From the human T2T-CHM13v2.0 reference genome, Homo sapiens: a stretch of DNA of 64,000 nt. Positions 37,935 through 51,685 of the stretch are shown piece by piece. The DNA is taken from assembly GCF_009914755.1 (NCBI RefSeq), contig NC_060927.1; one strand, written 5' to 3'. Position 1 is the stretch's first letter; every line of letters starts with the position of its first letter. The translations under genes and the position numbers were made by a program. The notes beneath the pieces were generated by a model. The model did no database searches, was not told where the DNA came from, and saw only the letters and a program-made list of their open reading frames with translations.

Positions 37935-38373
37935 TAGCACCAACAAATATTTAGATGATACACTGTTAAAGCAGCTCCCACTAACACCAGATAGGCTTAG
38001 GGGTCATTTTGCTCTTTAGCATCTCCCCTACCGAAGCCTGCAGAAAATTTCTAAGCTTATCTGGTGCCGGTGGGAGCTGAGTTCAACCCCACTAGACAAC
38101 AGAGTCCCAGACTGTATGTCCCAGATTCAACCTCTGGTTCATGTCAGATCTAGCAAGAGTTTGGGGCCACCTTAACTTTTCAACTTGCCAGGGATAGAAA
38201 ATGTGGATGGCCTTTCCCACTGTTTATTTATGTGGGTCAGGTGGCTTCACCTGGGTAGGCTCCCATTTCCTCACATCCGCAGGGGTGCGCACTTTCTAGA
38301 CCAGAGAATGTGTTTAAACCCCATGTGACCCTTGAGGAAAAAGCTCTAATAGTAAAGAAGATCCTCTGTTTGA

Positions 38374-38784
<411 letters not shown>

Positions 38785-38859
38785 TAAGTGGAGAATTAGT
38801 GGTGGGAATATTACACCTGATAGCTCAGAGGTCTCTACATTCAAATTTGTCCAAGGTTT

Positions 38860-39438
38860 ATTACTGGGGTCCCTGGACATAATCCAAAGGGTTCACAGAC
38901 TAGTTGGACTGGAGGAGGAATCACTATTTCCACTAACCTCTCTCTGAAATTTAGCAAGTTTTCTATTTTAAATATGGTAACATCGCTTCTCGGCCTTTTA
39001 GCTAAGATCAAGTGGAGTATCTGTTCTTATCAGTTTAAATATGGTAACAAACTACAGTAGTCTTATTGGTACCTGTGGCTTAGTCACCAATAGAAATCAA
39101 GATAGTTTCATATAACATTATAGTTACCCCTGATATCTCAAAATATTTGCCCTGATCACTATTGCAAAATTATGGAAGTTACTTAACTTGCCATTAGATC
39201 TTTTTGTATAATGTTTAATAAATAAGAACATATAAAAATCTTTATCATAGACTTTAAAAAATATTTTAATAACTGTATTTCAGTATGCCCAGATGCATTT
39301 TTAGCCCAATGTATTTTCTTTTTATAACCCAATTTATTTTCTTTTACTGTTTTATATAAAGATAGTATTCTGAGCGGGATGCATAAACCTCACCAGTCTG
39401 CCAAAGGAATCCATGTCCAGTAAAGATTAAGAACCTCA
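38860..39438 (-). mobile_element. Charlie4a (MER80) hAT transposon relic hosting the U2 insert
   Basis: 'gtcaccaatagaaatca', 'ctcaccagtctgccaaaggaatccatg...ttaagaacctc'; inverse of the copy at 51212. Confidence 0.8.
38982..39038 (+). pseudogene. 3'-truncated U2 snRNA retropseudogene (U2 nt 1-57)
   Basis: atcgcttctcggccttttagctaagatcaagtggagtatctgttcttatcagtttaa differs at 2 positions from the recalled human U2 5' end; TSD aaatatggtaac at 38970-81 and 39037-48; no poly(A). Confidence 0.96.
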
Positions 39439-41329
39439 GCTCTAAGTGAGGTTAGAATGGGGTTTGCAAATGTTGCTCAGGGTCTGTGTCAATGTCACTT
39501 TATTTAAACATTCCTGAGATTCGGCCTCCAGCTCACTGAGCTCCTCCTAACCAAATATGTGAAGGAAGAAGCTGCATCTGTATAAACATCATCCAGCTAA
39601 AGTGTCAGGTTTCCTTCTCTTCTTCACAGTTGTTTGAAGCCAACAGTTAAAGGCATTAAAAGGATCAAATATCCTGTGTGGCTGGAAGAAGAGAAAAGAA
39701 CTTGGGAATTACAACCCAAGCATTTGGTTTAACTCTGCTACCCTGTTTTATTTGTTTGAATTAAGCGCAACCAATAAGAGCTCAAAAAATGAAAGAATAA
39801 GTCATAAACCTGTAAGTTACTGGTTTAATTTTCTCAGTAGGGCATTAGGGCATCACCTAATAGCTGCTTAACAGCTTGATAATGAAGAGTCATGGCTTCT
39901 GATCAGTGCCTAGACATGGCGTGACGAATGCATTTTACTGTGATCTGATCCAGTTACCACTGTGCTGGGAAGGGCTCTGAGGCCATCTCCAGGTCTAAGA
40001 AGGGGAAAGGTGCTGTGGTAGATCACTGATGCCTGCTATGGTAAAGGGATGGAGCTGTCTGCATGCCCCATAATTACCCAGAGTCCAGCCCTAACTGGTG
40101 CCAATGGCCACCTTTACTTGAAACCCAGGTAGAAATATATTCCTGAACGTTCCTTCCATATCTCCCCTCTGTGCTGAATAGAAAGGGTAACCTCAGTTCC
40201 TGTAACTATTTTGCCAACTAACTGCATTATATTGATGAACAAGGAGCATGAAACACATGATATTGTACAAAACTGTCTGGGATGCAAAAACATTATAGCA
40301 CAATTGATGAGAGAGAATTTACTAAAAAATTAATAAATTGATCAAAGAAATGGGATTCCTGTGCTTCTTCCTATTAGTATTACAAAGTTTGACCTCATGA
40401 CTTCTGCTTGGAAATACTCAAACTCCCAAATCCAGTGCTTACTGACTCAGTTTACCTGGCTGTGTTTCTTTTGTAGGCTCTTATTGGCGGGAGGCAGTGG
40501 GAGGTGGTGTTAATGCTACCCTGAACATACAGAGGACTTTCTAAAACACTGTCTCCTGTGATGCCACCCAGCAGGCAGGAGAGTGTCCATTGTAATCATT
40601 ATTTCTATTTTGCAGATGAAGAGACTGGGGCTCCAGGAATTGACTTTCCCAGAATCCCATTGTCACTTCAGGGCTCTCAAGATGTTGCCTTCCAGAATTC
40701 TGCTTGCTCGTATCAGGTTCTCCTAAAGAAAGGAAGCCATTAAACAAGAAAAGAAACCAACATTCCGTTATGGATTAAAAATATGCTGTCATTCACCTAT
40801 TAGCTCTTCTACATTGGCCAGGATGGAGGCGACATTTCTGGTTTTCTTATCTTTCCTCTTGTTTTAGCAGAATTTGAGGAATCTGCTTAACCATTTGTAC
40901 TTTGTTCTACTGCCAGTCCAAACAATTTCAATCAATGGATTCCCAAGCCAAGCTTCTAACTACAGCTCACCAGGCATCCTAGTTGGACTGATTTTGTTTT
41001 TGTTTTGAGAAATTATGAAATAGGCAAGTTGTCTTACATGTAAGTATTGACCATTTGGGAAAAGCTGTTATTTGCCTTCAGTTAAAATATGCAAGAAAAG
41101 GAGATGGATGGGTTTGGGGACTTGCCTTAAACTCAACTAATCAAGATGGTAATTCCTAAGTAATTCATGGTTCCTAGCGGTCTTCTTAATCAGTGGGTGG
41201 GATTCCTGGCCTCATATTTTGCCCCAGCTACTAGTCCAATTCTCTGATGTCTGTTCACCCACACCACAGCCCTGGACTCTGGCTGCAAGAGTAGAAATAT
41301 TCTGTTGTTTCCTCTAATCTTGTACGTTC

Positions 41330-41900
41330 ATTTGTGCATCAACTATGTGCCAGTCATCCTAAAGAAACTTACAGCCAAGTTGAAGACAGACAAGTTAAAG
41401 GGCAATTTTATATTAAAAAAGAGAACTCTATAGAGTGCATGTTTGTGAACCCTGGTCTTTGGAATTCAGGGGAAATTTTCTGGAGGAAGGGACATTTAAA
41501 CTAAGACCTTAAAGAAGAGTAGGAGAAAGCAAGGGGAAGGAGTGAAAGAAGGTATTTGAGGCAGAAGAAAACTTGTGCAAAAGGTAAGTAGGCAAAAGAG
41601 TGGGTTCAAGTCTAGAGCAGAGAATGTAAGGGATGGTATAGAGGTGGGGAGAGGTGGGAAGAATATGGCTGGGAAGGTAAACAAGAGCCAAATCATAAAC
41701 AACCTCACATGTGAACTAAGAATTTGGGGCCACATCCTGAGAGCAATAGGTAGTCACTTTACTATTAATTTGATCATGATTGCTTTGATTGCTCTTTGGA
41801 GAATGGAATTAAGAGGAGCAATATTGCAAGCAGGGAGGCCCACTTCAATCCAGGGGAAGCTTTCTGGAAGCCTGAAATATAATGGAGAGAGTAAAGATGG
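41330..41900 (-). mobile_element. L2 fragments
   Basis: 'ctggaggaagggacatttaaactaagaccttaaaga', 'catcctgagagcaatagg', 'ttgctctttggagaatgga'. Confidence 0.6.
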
Positions 41901-42339
41901 AGAAAAAAGAATTCCAGAATCACCAGGTCAGCATTCCAGTGTGGCAGGTAATTATTGCTAGGTCCTCTTCATTGGATTACCGTTTGATGTTTCTGGCTTT
42001 AAGCTGTTTCACTTACCCCTGAGTTGCAGGGACTAAGCATAAATGAGCTCCACTGTTAGAAAGAACAACGGTTGACTAAGCATGGAGAAGGGTTCATTTT
42101 AGGTCTCAAGTCCAGTTAACAAGTTCCAAGGTTTGTACATATGTTTCATTATAGACACCAATTATGATGATCAAGGCTGAGACAGATGTAGGAAGTTTAT
42201 TTTAGGATGTGCAGGGAAGTAAGGAAGCAGAAGAAGCCATCTTAACAGTGGCCAAGCCAAGCTTCATAGAGCGCTGAAATGTCCCTTAAGGCATCACAGT
42301 AACCCCAGGGACTCAAGAGAAGTCTGGCAGCCAGCATTT

Positions 42340-42458
42340 CTCTGCCTCTGCCTCTGCCTCTGCCTCTGCCTCTGCCTCTGCCTCTGCCTCTGCCTCTGCC
42401 TCTGCCTCTGCCTCTGCTCTGCCTCTGCCTCTGCCTCTGCCTCTGCCTCTGCCTCTGC
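42340..42458. repeat. (CTCTGC)n hexanucleotide microsatellite, about 20 units
   Basis: Pure array with one unit 1 bp short near 42416. Confidence 0.99.
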
Positions 42459-43382
42459 AACTACCAACTCCCTGGACACCTCATAGCTTCTACTGCATCA
42501 TGGCTTCTGTTTACCACCATGTGTGTGTGTGCTGTTCAGTTTTAGTCTCTACTGCCTCTATTGCTGTAGGAGGGTTTCCCCATACCTTGACACCCTGAGC
42601 CCCAACCCAAAGACCTGAAATTATCTTCCCTGATAGCTCAAGGCAGAAAACTCCTTGGGAGAATCGTTATTGGTTTTGTTTGGGTTATTCACCTATCCCT
42701 GCTCTAATCACTGAGGCCAGGAGGCTGAGGATACATGTGTAGCCAGCAATTTGGGGATCCCATCTCAACCACATGTCATGGGGAAGAGTTCTCCAAGAAA
42801 GTGGTGATCCACTAGCAACCTCTGGCAACTTTTCTGGGAAGAAAAAAATTGCCATTGGCAGGCATTTTGGGCTTCATGGCTTGTCCCGAAGGTAACATTC
42901 TTCTAAATATAGGTAACAATGTTAACAACTTCAAGTTTTAACTTTCTCTGCTGGAATATAAGTTTGTCAGGATGTTAGTTTTAAAAGAAATCTTACATCT
43001 ATGGAACATTCATAAGACTTTGTGCAGAAAGGAATAAAACAAAGACAAATTATTACACGCTATCTTTTTCTCTATCAAGAGTCTTTTAGAAAAACAATGA
43101 TACCAGATATATTCCTTTGGTTGCAAGCAACAGAAATCAACACTGGCAAACCTAAGCAAAGTAGAATGTACTGGGAGAATATTGAAGGAGTCAGTCACTG
43201 GAACATCTGCAGTCTCTGAAGCAGTAATCATAGAAGTGACTGACTTTAAAGCAGGAATAGTATGTCAGAGCATACCCTGAGGATGAAAGAGCTCCAGATG
43301 CATACAGGTGGTAGAATTATAAAGAAAAGCAAGAAAATCATCCTCACAATAGTCAGGATAATGGTCACCTTAAGAGTGAAGG

Positions 43383-43546
43383 CAGAACTAGCTATATTAA
43401 TTTGTGGGACTCAGAGAAAACTTCAAATGCAGGGCCACTTACTCAAAAATTATAAAAAATTTCAAGAAGGCAACTGCAGACATTAAACCAAGCATGGGAC
43501 TCTTCTGAGCATGTGCACAGGTCCCAAACCCATGAAGCTATCCGTG
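43383..43546 (-). mobile_element. MER45A hAT-Tip100 MITE within an L1ME relic
   Basis: 'cagaactagctatattaatttgtggg...aatttcaaga...cattaaaccaagc...cacaggtc...cccatgaagctatccgtg'; TSD agtgaagg/agggaaga. Confidence 0.8.
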
Positions 43547-44181
43547 AGGGAAGAAGACGGCTTTGACTGGAGAATAGCATACAGAAGGCTTTGGTGGGTT
43601 AATAAACTGGACAATGCTGCTACATAGGCATTTGCTTTCGGTTATTTGCAAATCTTTCATGTCACTTTTGCATTTTTCTTTAGTTGCGTGATATTTCACA
43701 ATTTAAAAAAAACTAACTGTATCTTCTGTCCTTGTGTCAACCATACAATATTGAATATTCCAAGGAATCTGAGTGGCAAAGTTTAGGTCAAGTACCCTTG
43801 TCCTGGCTCTGCAGAGGATAATACTACTACTAATAACAACAAAAATGAGAAGGCAAACAAGAAGAGGATGAAGAAGAAGAACAAGTAGAAGAGCTAATAT
43901 TAGCAGTTGCCACATGTTTTATGTGTTATTTCTAAATTAACTCATCAAATATACTCATAACAACCCTGTGAAACAGAAACTTTTCCCTTCAGCTTTTGAA
44001 GTGGGAAATGGGTAGTGTACTTGGACTTTTTGACTACTAAGAGCTCATGCCATGATAGGAGATCATGCTCTAACAGGAAGCAGGGTTTACTGGGATATAG
44101 AATGGATTGTGAGTAGCCATGAAATAACAAATGTCTACTACACAGAGGGTCAGAGGACTTTACTACAATCTAGTCCTTCTT

Positions 44182-44480
44182 CTTTTTTTTTTTTTTGGAG
44201 ACAGAGTCTTGCTTTGTTGCCCAGGCTGGAGTACAGTGCCGTGATCTCAGCTCACTGCAACCTCTGCCTCCTGGGTTCAAGTGATTCTCCTGCCTCAGCC
44301 TCCTGAGTAGCTGGGACTACAGGCGTGCACTACCACACCCACCTAATTTCTGTATTTTTGAATAGAGACGGGGTTTCGCCATGTTGGTCAGGCTGGTCTT
44401 GAACTCCTGACCTCAAGTGATCTACCCACCTCAGCTTCTGAAAGTGCTGAGATTACAGGGGTGAGCCACCATGCCCAGCC
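44182..44480 (-). mobile_element. AluSx/Sz
   Basis: Complete dimer; TSD tagtccttctt/tattccttctt. Confidence 0.96.
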
Positions 44481-47400
44481 TATTCCTTCTTATATGTAAT
44501 AATCATTTGTTGATTTCCAAAGTTTAATGCCCTAAGCTAGGTAATATATAGGAGAGACAAAATTAAACAAGACAGTGAACTCCCAGGTACTATGTCACTT
44601 AAGAAAAAAAGGGAAAAAAGGGACACCCCCTAAGGAAAGTTCACCTACAAAGAAACAATACATGAAGTGCTTAGTAACTGAAGAAGATGAGTCTAGGACA
44701 TGTCCAGGGCCATCACGATCACATCACACATCACATTGTCAAGGTAGCTTCAGTCCCTGCAAAGATGGACTCAGAAAACTAAACTCACAGTAAGTCTGCC
44801 CTCAGATTTAACCTGGCCACAGACATCATCACTTATTTGCCAAACTGGAACAGCTGAGGAGCACGACTACACACAGACATTAGATTCACAGATATGCAGG
44901 GCTGCCAAATGGGACTCATGAAGAGGCAGAAATCTGGAAATCCCATTAGCGACAGATGCAGCGCAGCATGCGTGTCTGGGGAGGCACTGGCGCCAGCCCT
45001 TGGGGAAAGGCAGATCCATCTTGGATCATGACAGCCACTCCAAACCAACCTGAGGCCAGCATGAGGGTGAGATGTGGCGCAAAGAAGGGGTGGATAAAGC
45101 CAGGCAGTTAGCAGCCATCTACTTGCCCCAGAGTAGGGCAAAGACTCCTTGGTTTCCAAGAGAAATGAGTTCAAGTCCTTGGAGGGCCTCTAATTTGATG
45201 TTTGAATGGGAACCAGAGTGCTCAAGTTTGAATCCTACCTCTACCACTTTACCTTGGGCAGGTTCCTTCACCTTTCTTTTTCTTCTCCGCAAAATAGATG
45301 TGACCCATTCTAGGACTGTTGTAATAATTAAATGGGAAAATACATATATACTGGCAATAGTAATTATTGTTAATTGTGTCCTATATAAAATGAAGTTCAA
45401 TGAAAGACTCTCTTTGTTTCTTTCTAATGCTAACATTCTGTGATTATCTTAAAAGTACCTGAGATGAGATATCCCTGGTTCATTCCTTTTGCTCTTAACA
45501 GCATCTAAACATTTATAATTTTGGATTTCTATACAGAACTAGCTGTTTGATTGAAAGTGTGACCTGTGTGTCTATTTTCACTTCCGTTTTTATGCCTGTT
45601 AAAATCTCTGATGATATTCGTGCACTAGCTCAGGTAAAAGACAACTACTTTCATCTAACCACTTCAACATTTGTAATCAGTGTTAACTAGGGAGGGAAAC
45701 TTGAAGATTTCACTTGCCTATTTTCACTCAGTCCTACCTTTCACAGAGAGCTCATTCAGGAAGGGATGAATTGAGGCTGAAAGGGGCACACATAAATGTG
45801 AATATAGTCACATGACAGGAGAATTCTAGATTTAGAAGTTCAACGTGGGGATTACACTTGCTGAAAATAATCTTAATGTATATTTTAGTGGTAAATTGTT
45901 AACATTCTTTCCATATTTCCTGACCTCAGCTATTCCCTTTCCTCCGCTGTGGTTAAGGGTAAAATTCAGGAATGGATAACTTTCAGAGAACCAAGGAGAC
46001 AGGATTTTGCCTGTGGTCAGGAAAAAAAAAAAAAGAGAGAGAGAAAGAAAGAAAGAAATTTCAGTTGCTTCAAAGCTGGTTTGTGAGAGGTCAGGGGTGG
46101 GGAAGGCAGAGGGAGGAGGCCTCTCCAGGGGCCCAGCCGAGGCTCCAGCTCCCTTTTTGTTTTAATCTGGTTTGTGGTCCTGCTGGCCCAGGGAAAACAC
46201 GGACTTGTACTAATGTAGCCCAGGAAAAATATTGGAAGGAAAAAAGCTTAGACACTTTGTATAAACTACAGAAAATAAAAGCAATAAACTGCACAAGCAG
46301 ATGAGACTTTCCTGATGGAAGTACTGTGATTTCTCAAAGCCAATAAAAAAGTCCTCAAATACATCCTCAAAGAAACTTGATTGTTTATTGTGGTGTCACA
46401 TTTATGACCCACGTAAGTAGCAGTCAACTAATATCTTTATAAAACTCTGATTTATAGGTACTTTGATTGGGCTTTTCTGCTTACTGGGACCCCAAATGTG
46501 ACAGGACCACCTCCCTATTTGCGTGAGGAATTCTTGTTGTTATTGAGGACTGTGGATGCCCAGTAACCAAGATGGTTGCTGTTGATGACAGTTTTACATA
46601 TTCCATTTTTCCGAGGGGCAAAAGTCACATGCATATGACTGAATTCTTGGTAGAAGCTCTTTCAATTTTCTTTATGGTGATAATCAGAGACAAAGAATTT
46701 CCTTTGGAAAAGATCTCTAATAAAATTATGAATAAATCACTTGGACTGATCCCAAATGGAGAAATCAATTTGATTTGTAGAAGCTAAGCCCTTTAGATTC
46801 TTCTGCAACATTTTGGTAAACTCATTTTTTAAAAACAGCAGCACACCACAAGTTGGTCCTGTAAATCATGTAGATCACTAGATTTGGGAGACTAGAGGAC
46901 TAGGAAAAAATGATGACAGTAATCCAGCAAATGTTTAATTTCTACCCCACCCCCAAAAGGAACAACTACCCTTTCAGAGCCAAGTCCTGACTTCAGGGCT
47001 GCCCACAGTCTTGCTCTCTGAAAGCCCTGTAGAAAATTAGAGGGGTGGAAGGCAATCATTTAAAATAGATCACATTCAGTTTTATTAAAAAACCAAAACA
47101 GCTGGGGTATTGATTTGCAAGCTCTGTAATGCCATTGGTATGCCCAACCTGGCCAAGATATTAAAAAGATATTTAAGGAAATGTCACTAAGTGTCTCCGG
47201 CACAAGTTTTGGCATATTCAACCAGCATTGTGGTGCTGTGGGTAATTCGTCTTCCTTTATGTTTTGCTATGCAGCACAGGGGGAGGGGACATTTACAAAA
47301 TGATTTACTGTGACACATCCATTATAATGAAAGCATGTGCCGCTTGCCAGCACTCCTGGCCCATCTTCTCCCTCCCAGATGCTCGGCCATATGTCCCATG

Positions 47401-48009
47401 CTTGGCGTGAGCGACAGTTGTGTTGATAGAGAAGGAGTCCTGGGATCTCGGTGTTTTTAACAGAAATCCCAGAAAGCTCTGAGGTTGCTGGCTCAGGTAA
47501 GAAAAGCGGCAGGAAAGGGCCCATTGTTTGGGACTAAGTGTTTTTAAAGATGCTTCAGTGGTATAACCACAGGATGGAGTGAGATTTACTGTCTCCTCAA
47601 GGCCAGGAGGATTGCTGAGAGAGGAGCTCAAGCTTCACTTGGGGAGCTTTCCACTGTTGCTGGCTTCCCAGCTCAAGTTCTCTTTCCTTCCTCACCCCTC
47701 CGCAAGATAACTGGCTGCTCTCTGCTCTATCTTCCAGCAACAGCCCATTCCTCAGTTACCAGGACCTTGCATCCAAATTCGAGCGGCACGCATTACTGCT
47801 TCGTGAAAGCAGCTGCTACTTTGACCATGTGGATCTCCTGGCTCCCTAACTATTGCAACCCTAGCTTAATTGCCTCTGCTCCTGGAATAAAATCAGCACT
47901 TATTGAACACCTGCATATGGAAGACATCATGCTAGGCCCTGTGAAAGAAAGAAAGAAATTTGGTATACAGTTGGTTTTGCCTTGAAAAGTTTACCATCTA
48001 GTTGTGAAT

Positions 48010-48190
48010 TAGTACTCCCATCTATGTCCTGGCAAACCTTGGACAAATTTCTTAACCTCTTTGCACCTTGATTTCTCCATCTGTAAAAGAGAGGATAATA
48101 GTATATAGGATTGATGTAAATCAATTAATATGTATAAAATGCTTAAACTAGTACATGACACATAATAATCACTCAGTAAATGTTAGCTAA
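48010..48190 (+). mobile_element. MIR
   Basis: 'ccttggacaaatttcttaacctctttgcaccttgatttctccatctgtaaaagaggataata'. Confidence 0.8.
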
Positions 48191-48559
48191 ATTTGGCCCC
48201 TAGTTGGAGGAAAGAAAGAGGGAAAAAAGAGGAATAAAATTAGATTTATGTGCTGTATCTTGTAATAAAATTTTATATATGTTCACTGAATTCTCACAAT
48301 ACCATGTAAGGTAGATATTACTGTTACTCTTTAATTTTTAGTAAATTGAGGCTCTGCTAGGTTAATACTTTGTCCAGGTGTTCAATGTTGACAAAGCTTA
48401 CAGTCAAGGCCAAAACTACTTAGTGCCACAGCCCATGATTTTGAAAAGACAAATAATTTAAAATTTAAATAATGTTTACAAGACACTAGAGGTTGTCTAG
48501 CAAAGGTCAATCTCTGATTGATTTCCCAATAAATTGCATGAGAAGACATTGCCTAAGAG

Positions 48560-48810
48560 TTCACTTCGATATGGAGCTGGCAACCGCAGGGAGCTCTTCC
48601 CACCACTAGACCTGAATGAAGCATCGAGGAGCCATTCTTGGAAGCCAGGGAGGGGAGTGGAATGGAAAGGGCTGCCTGGCAGAAGCTGTATCTCTGGGTA
48701 GAGGGACACAGCCAACCTGCAGGAACCAGCAGAGAAGGGGCCAGGAACATACTCTGATCTTACCTCCTCCTTCCTCTCTCCTGCCAGTACTCTTGGGTAA
48801 GCAAGCCCTT
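48560..48810 (-). mobile_element. LTR33-like ERVL LTR fragment
   Basis: 'gagggacacagccaacctgcagg...ggggccaggaacatactctgatcttacctcctcc'. Confidence 0.55.
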
Positions 48811-50199
48811 TGCTGCTGTCTAAATAGGTCATCCTCCCTGGGCAGAGAACAGGATGGAAAAGAGTAGAGAGAGGACCTGGGGGTGCAAATGTAAGATATC
48901 CAACACAGGAAGTTTGTTATAAGATTAGATAACTTACATGGCACTGTGTCTGCTACACAGAAGATACTGACCACCTGATGGTTACTATTATTTCTTATTA
49001 TTTGTCCTGCTTTGGTTGGCTTGGTATTTATGTGTCCAGTTCAGATCCTCTGGCCTCACCGCAAACAAAAGAGTTTTCTAATCCCTGTAGTAGCATGAGA
49101 AGTGACTCACTAAAAAGTCAATTAAGTTTCTTGTCTACAATCTTTTGCCTCTATTTTTTTTAAAGGAAGCTTTCAAATGGGGTTGGGGGTGGGGAACTTG
49201 GAAATCATTTTTTTAAACACAAGCTTTGTGATTTGTCTTATTGGAAGTTCTTAACAGAGGAAAGGGGCCTGTTTGTTTAGATTGCTATGCAACAGGAGGC
49301 ATTGAGTAAATGGTTTCCCAGTTTTTATTATTTTAAACTTCACCCGGAGAAAATTGATCCAAGTTTAAGAAAGACAGGAGGAATGGAATATAGACTCTAA
49401 TGTTTCCAAAATTCTAAATGGCACTGCAAATAATAGAACCCTAAAACAAACATTCACAAACAGAAAATTACCTTTGTATTTCTCACTTTCAAGGTAAAAT
49501 CCGTAGAAAATATGTCTTCATCTATTCAAACAGAATTTTTTCCAGCTAATTTATACACTACATGCTAAATAATGACAGAAAGTTGAAAGTTTATCACTTT
49601 CTACCAAATATCAGCAAAAGGTTAAGTTGCTGTAGAATAATTACTTTTTATCTCCATTTTTCACCCACAACATGCAGAAAGCACAACTAGGCAGAAGCCA
49701 TCATTGACCAAGAGGAAAGAGGGGCAGATGCCTCCTAAAATTCTTTCCCTATCTCAAACTCAGTCACCAGTTTTTACAAAAGCTTCACATTCCCCCATCG
49801 AGCTATTTTTCATTAGGCCAAGAGGTTTTGGGTTGATATTCATGTTGGTGCTGGCTCTATCAGGCTGGCAGGCTTAAGGCAGTTTCTGAATTTCCTGTTC
49901 AAGTTAGAGGGGAAAATGCACATGCGTCAAGTGCCCTGAACTTGGTGAAATCAGACATCTGGAAGCCAATGGTGGGGAAAGAGAGCAAAGGTTACAAGAA
50001 AAATAACACTCAGTAGCAACCAGCAAAACAAACTTTTGTCTGGAGCAACAAGAAGGCACAGCAAACACATCAGCCCATGTGGCACCAGCTCATCTTCTTA
50101 AAAACAGTGTCTTACTGCTTCTCCTAATGTCAGGAGTTCCAAAAACATAAAGAAGTAAATAAAAATAATTAAAATGCCTCTACCCAATAATTAAATGCC

Positions 50200-50800
50200 A
50201 CTACCCTAACACTGTGATATATTTCCTTCTAGTTTTTTACACACACATATTCTATAGGTATATGTACATAAGTAAGATTGCAAAGAAATACGAAGGATAT
50301 TTTAAAACTAAAAAACAGAATTATTTTATACTTGCAGTTTTATGTGTTGTATTTTAAGTCTACATTATTTTTACACATTTCCTTATATCATTACATATTG
50401 TCAGAATGGCTATTTTTTAAATTAGCTACGTAATAGTTCATCCTACAGATGTAGCATAATTTGACCAAGCTCTTGTTGTTGGCATTCACGCTGTTTCCAA
50501 TTTTTTTACTGTTATGAATAATATTTTGAAGAATATCTTTGTAATTCTGCCTGCAGAATAAATTCCTAGAAGTGAAATTACTGGGTGAAAAGCACTCACT
50601 TAAAACATAAAGCCCAATCTGCCATCTAGAAAAGTTATGTCAAGCCTTGGTCTTGTGAGTAGTTTAGGAAAATATCTATTTTACTACACCCTATCGATCC
50701 TGAGAATTACCACCTTTAAAACTCTTGGCCTATTTGAGAGGTGGAAATGGTGTCTTAATATTTAAAATTTTTATTTTTCTTACTTAATAATAGTCTGAAC
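50200..50800 (-). mobile_element. L1ME fragment
   Basis: 'tgtttccaatttttt', 'aattcctagaagtgaaattactggg', 'gaggtggaaatggtgtctt'. Confidence 0.6.
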
Positions 50801-51211
50801 ATGTACTGACCATGCCAAATCAGTTTTTGTCATCTTTGAAAACATTGACTTCCTTTTGACTGGACTTTAAAGTGCCAGTTCCCGCAGAAAAGTCAACTTC
50901 CATGGACGTGTGAACACAGCCCTCTTAATATAAATATTACCAACTCCATATCAGTCTTAATTTTAATAATAACGCCAAACAATGGATTCTTTTCTGTCAC
51001 GTTTTGCAATATAATCATGTCAGTTTTCAAAGGCTGGTACACCCTGGAATTACAAACACAGTCTGTGGCAAGAGATATTGGCAGCTCTCCAACCCAGAAT
51101 GACAAGCAAGCATCCCTTCATTCTGAGCCCACAGGATGATGGTGCAGGGACAGGGGACCTAGTGACATGGGTATCCATTGGCAACCTGACACTCGTTGAC
51201 CCCTCACATGT

Positions 51212-51685
51212 CAGAGTTCCTAACTTTCATGCCAAGGACCCCTCTGACAGGTGAGGTCTACAGATCCCTTCTTAGAATAATGCCTTTAACAGCTTAAAAT
51301 AAATACATACATAGAATTATAAAATAATCCAATTATATTGAAATGTGATTATCAAAACATTTATAAAAATCTGTGGTATAGTAATATAGGTGCTTATTAA
51401 GCACTATTTAACAAAATCTAGCAGCAGATCTAAAAACTACCATCACAGCAAAGTGATAAAAAAGGTAAAGATATTTCAAGATACCTGCAACAGCTAATAC
51501 AATGTGAAAATGTTTATTTCTATTAGTGACAAAGTCCAAAGACTGCAAACACTGTTGTGGTTTGTTGCCTACATTCATAATGAAGGTAATGATGCATTTC
51601 AGTGAGAGTTCAGTAAAAGATGTAATTTTTTTTTCCTGTCCTGGAATGCCTGAGTTCTCTTCATGGACCCTAGGTTAATAACCCG
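51212..51685 (+). mobile_element. Charlie4a (MER80) hAT transposon
   Basis: 'ttagaataatg', 'tttctattagtgacaaagtc', 'gtggtttgttgcctacattcataat', 3' end 'tggaccctaggttaataaccc'. Confidence 0.85.

Noticed and set aside
38982-39038. Functional U2 snRNA gene
   Set aside because: Only 57 nt; lacks the Sm site and 3' stem-loops, has an altered branch-pairing motif, and is flanked by a TSD inside a transposon
42242-42479. QR/RG/AE dipeptide ORFs
   Set aside because: Artefact of the (CTCTGC)n microsatellite
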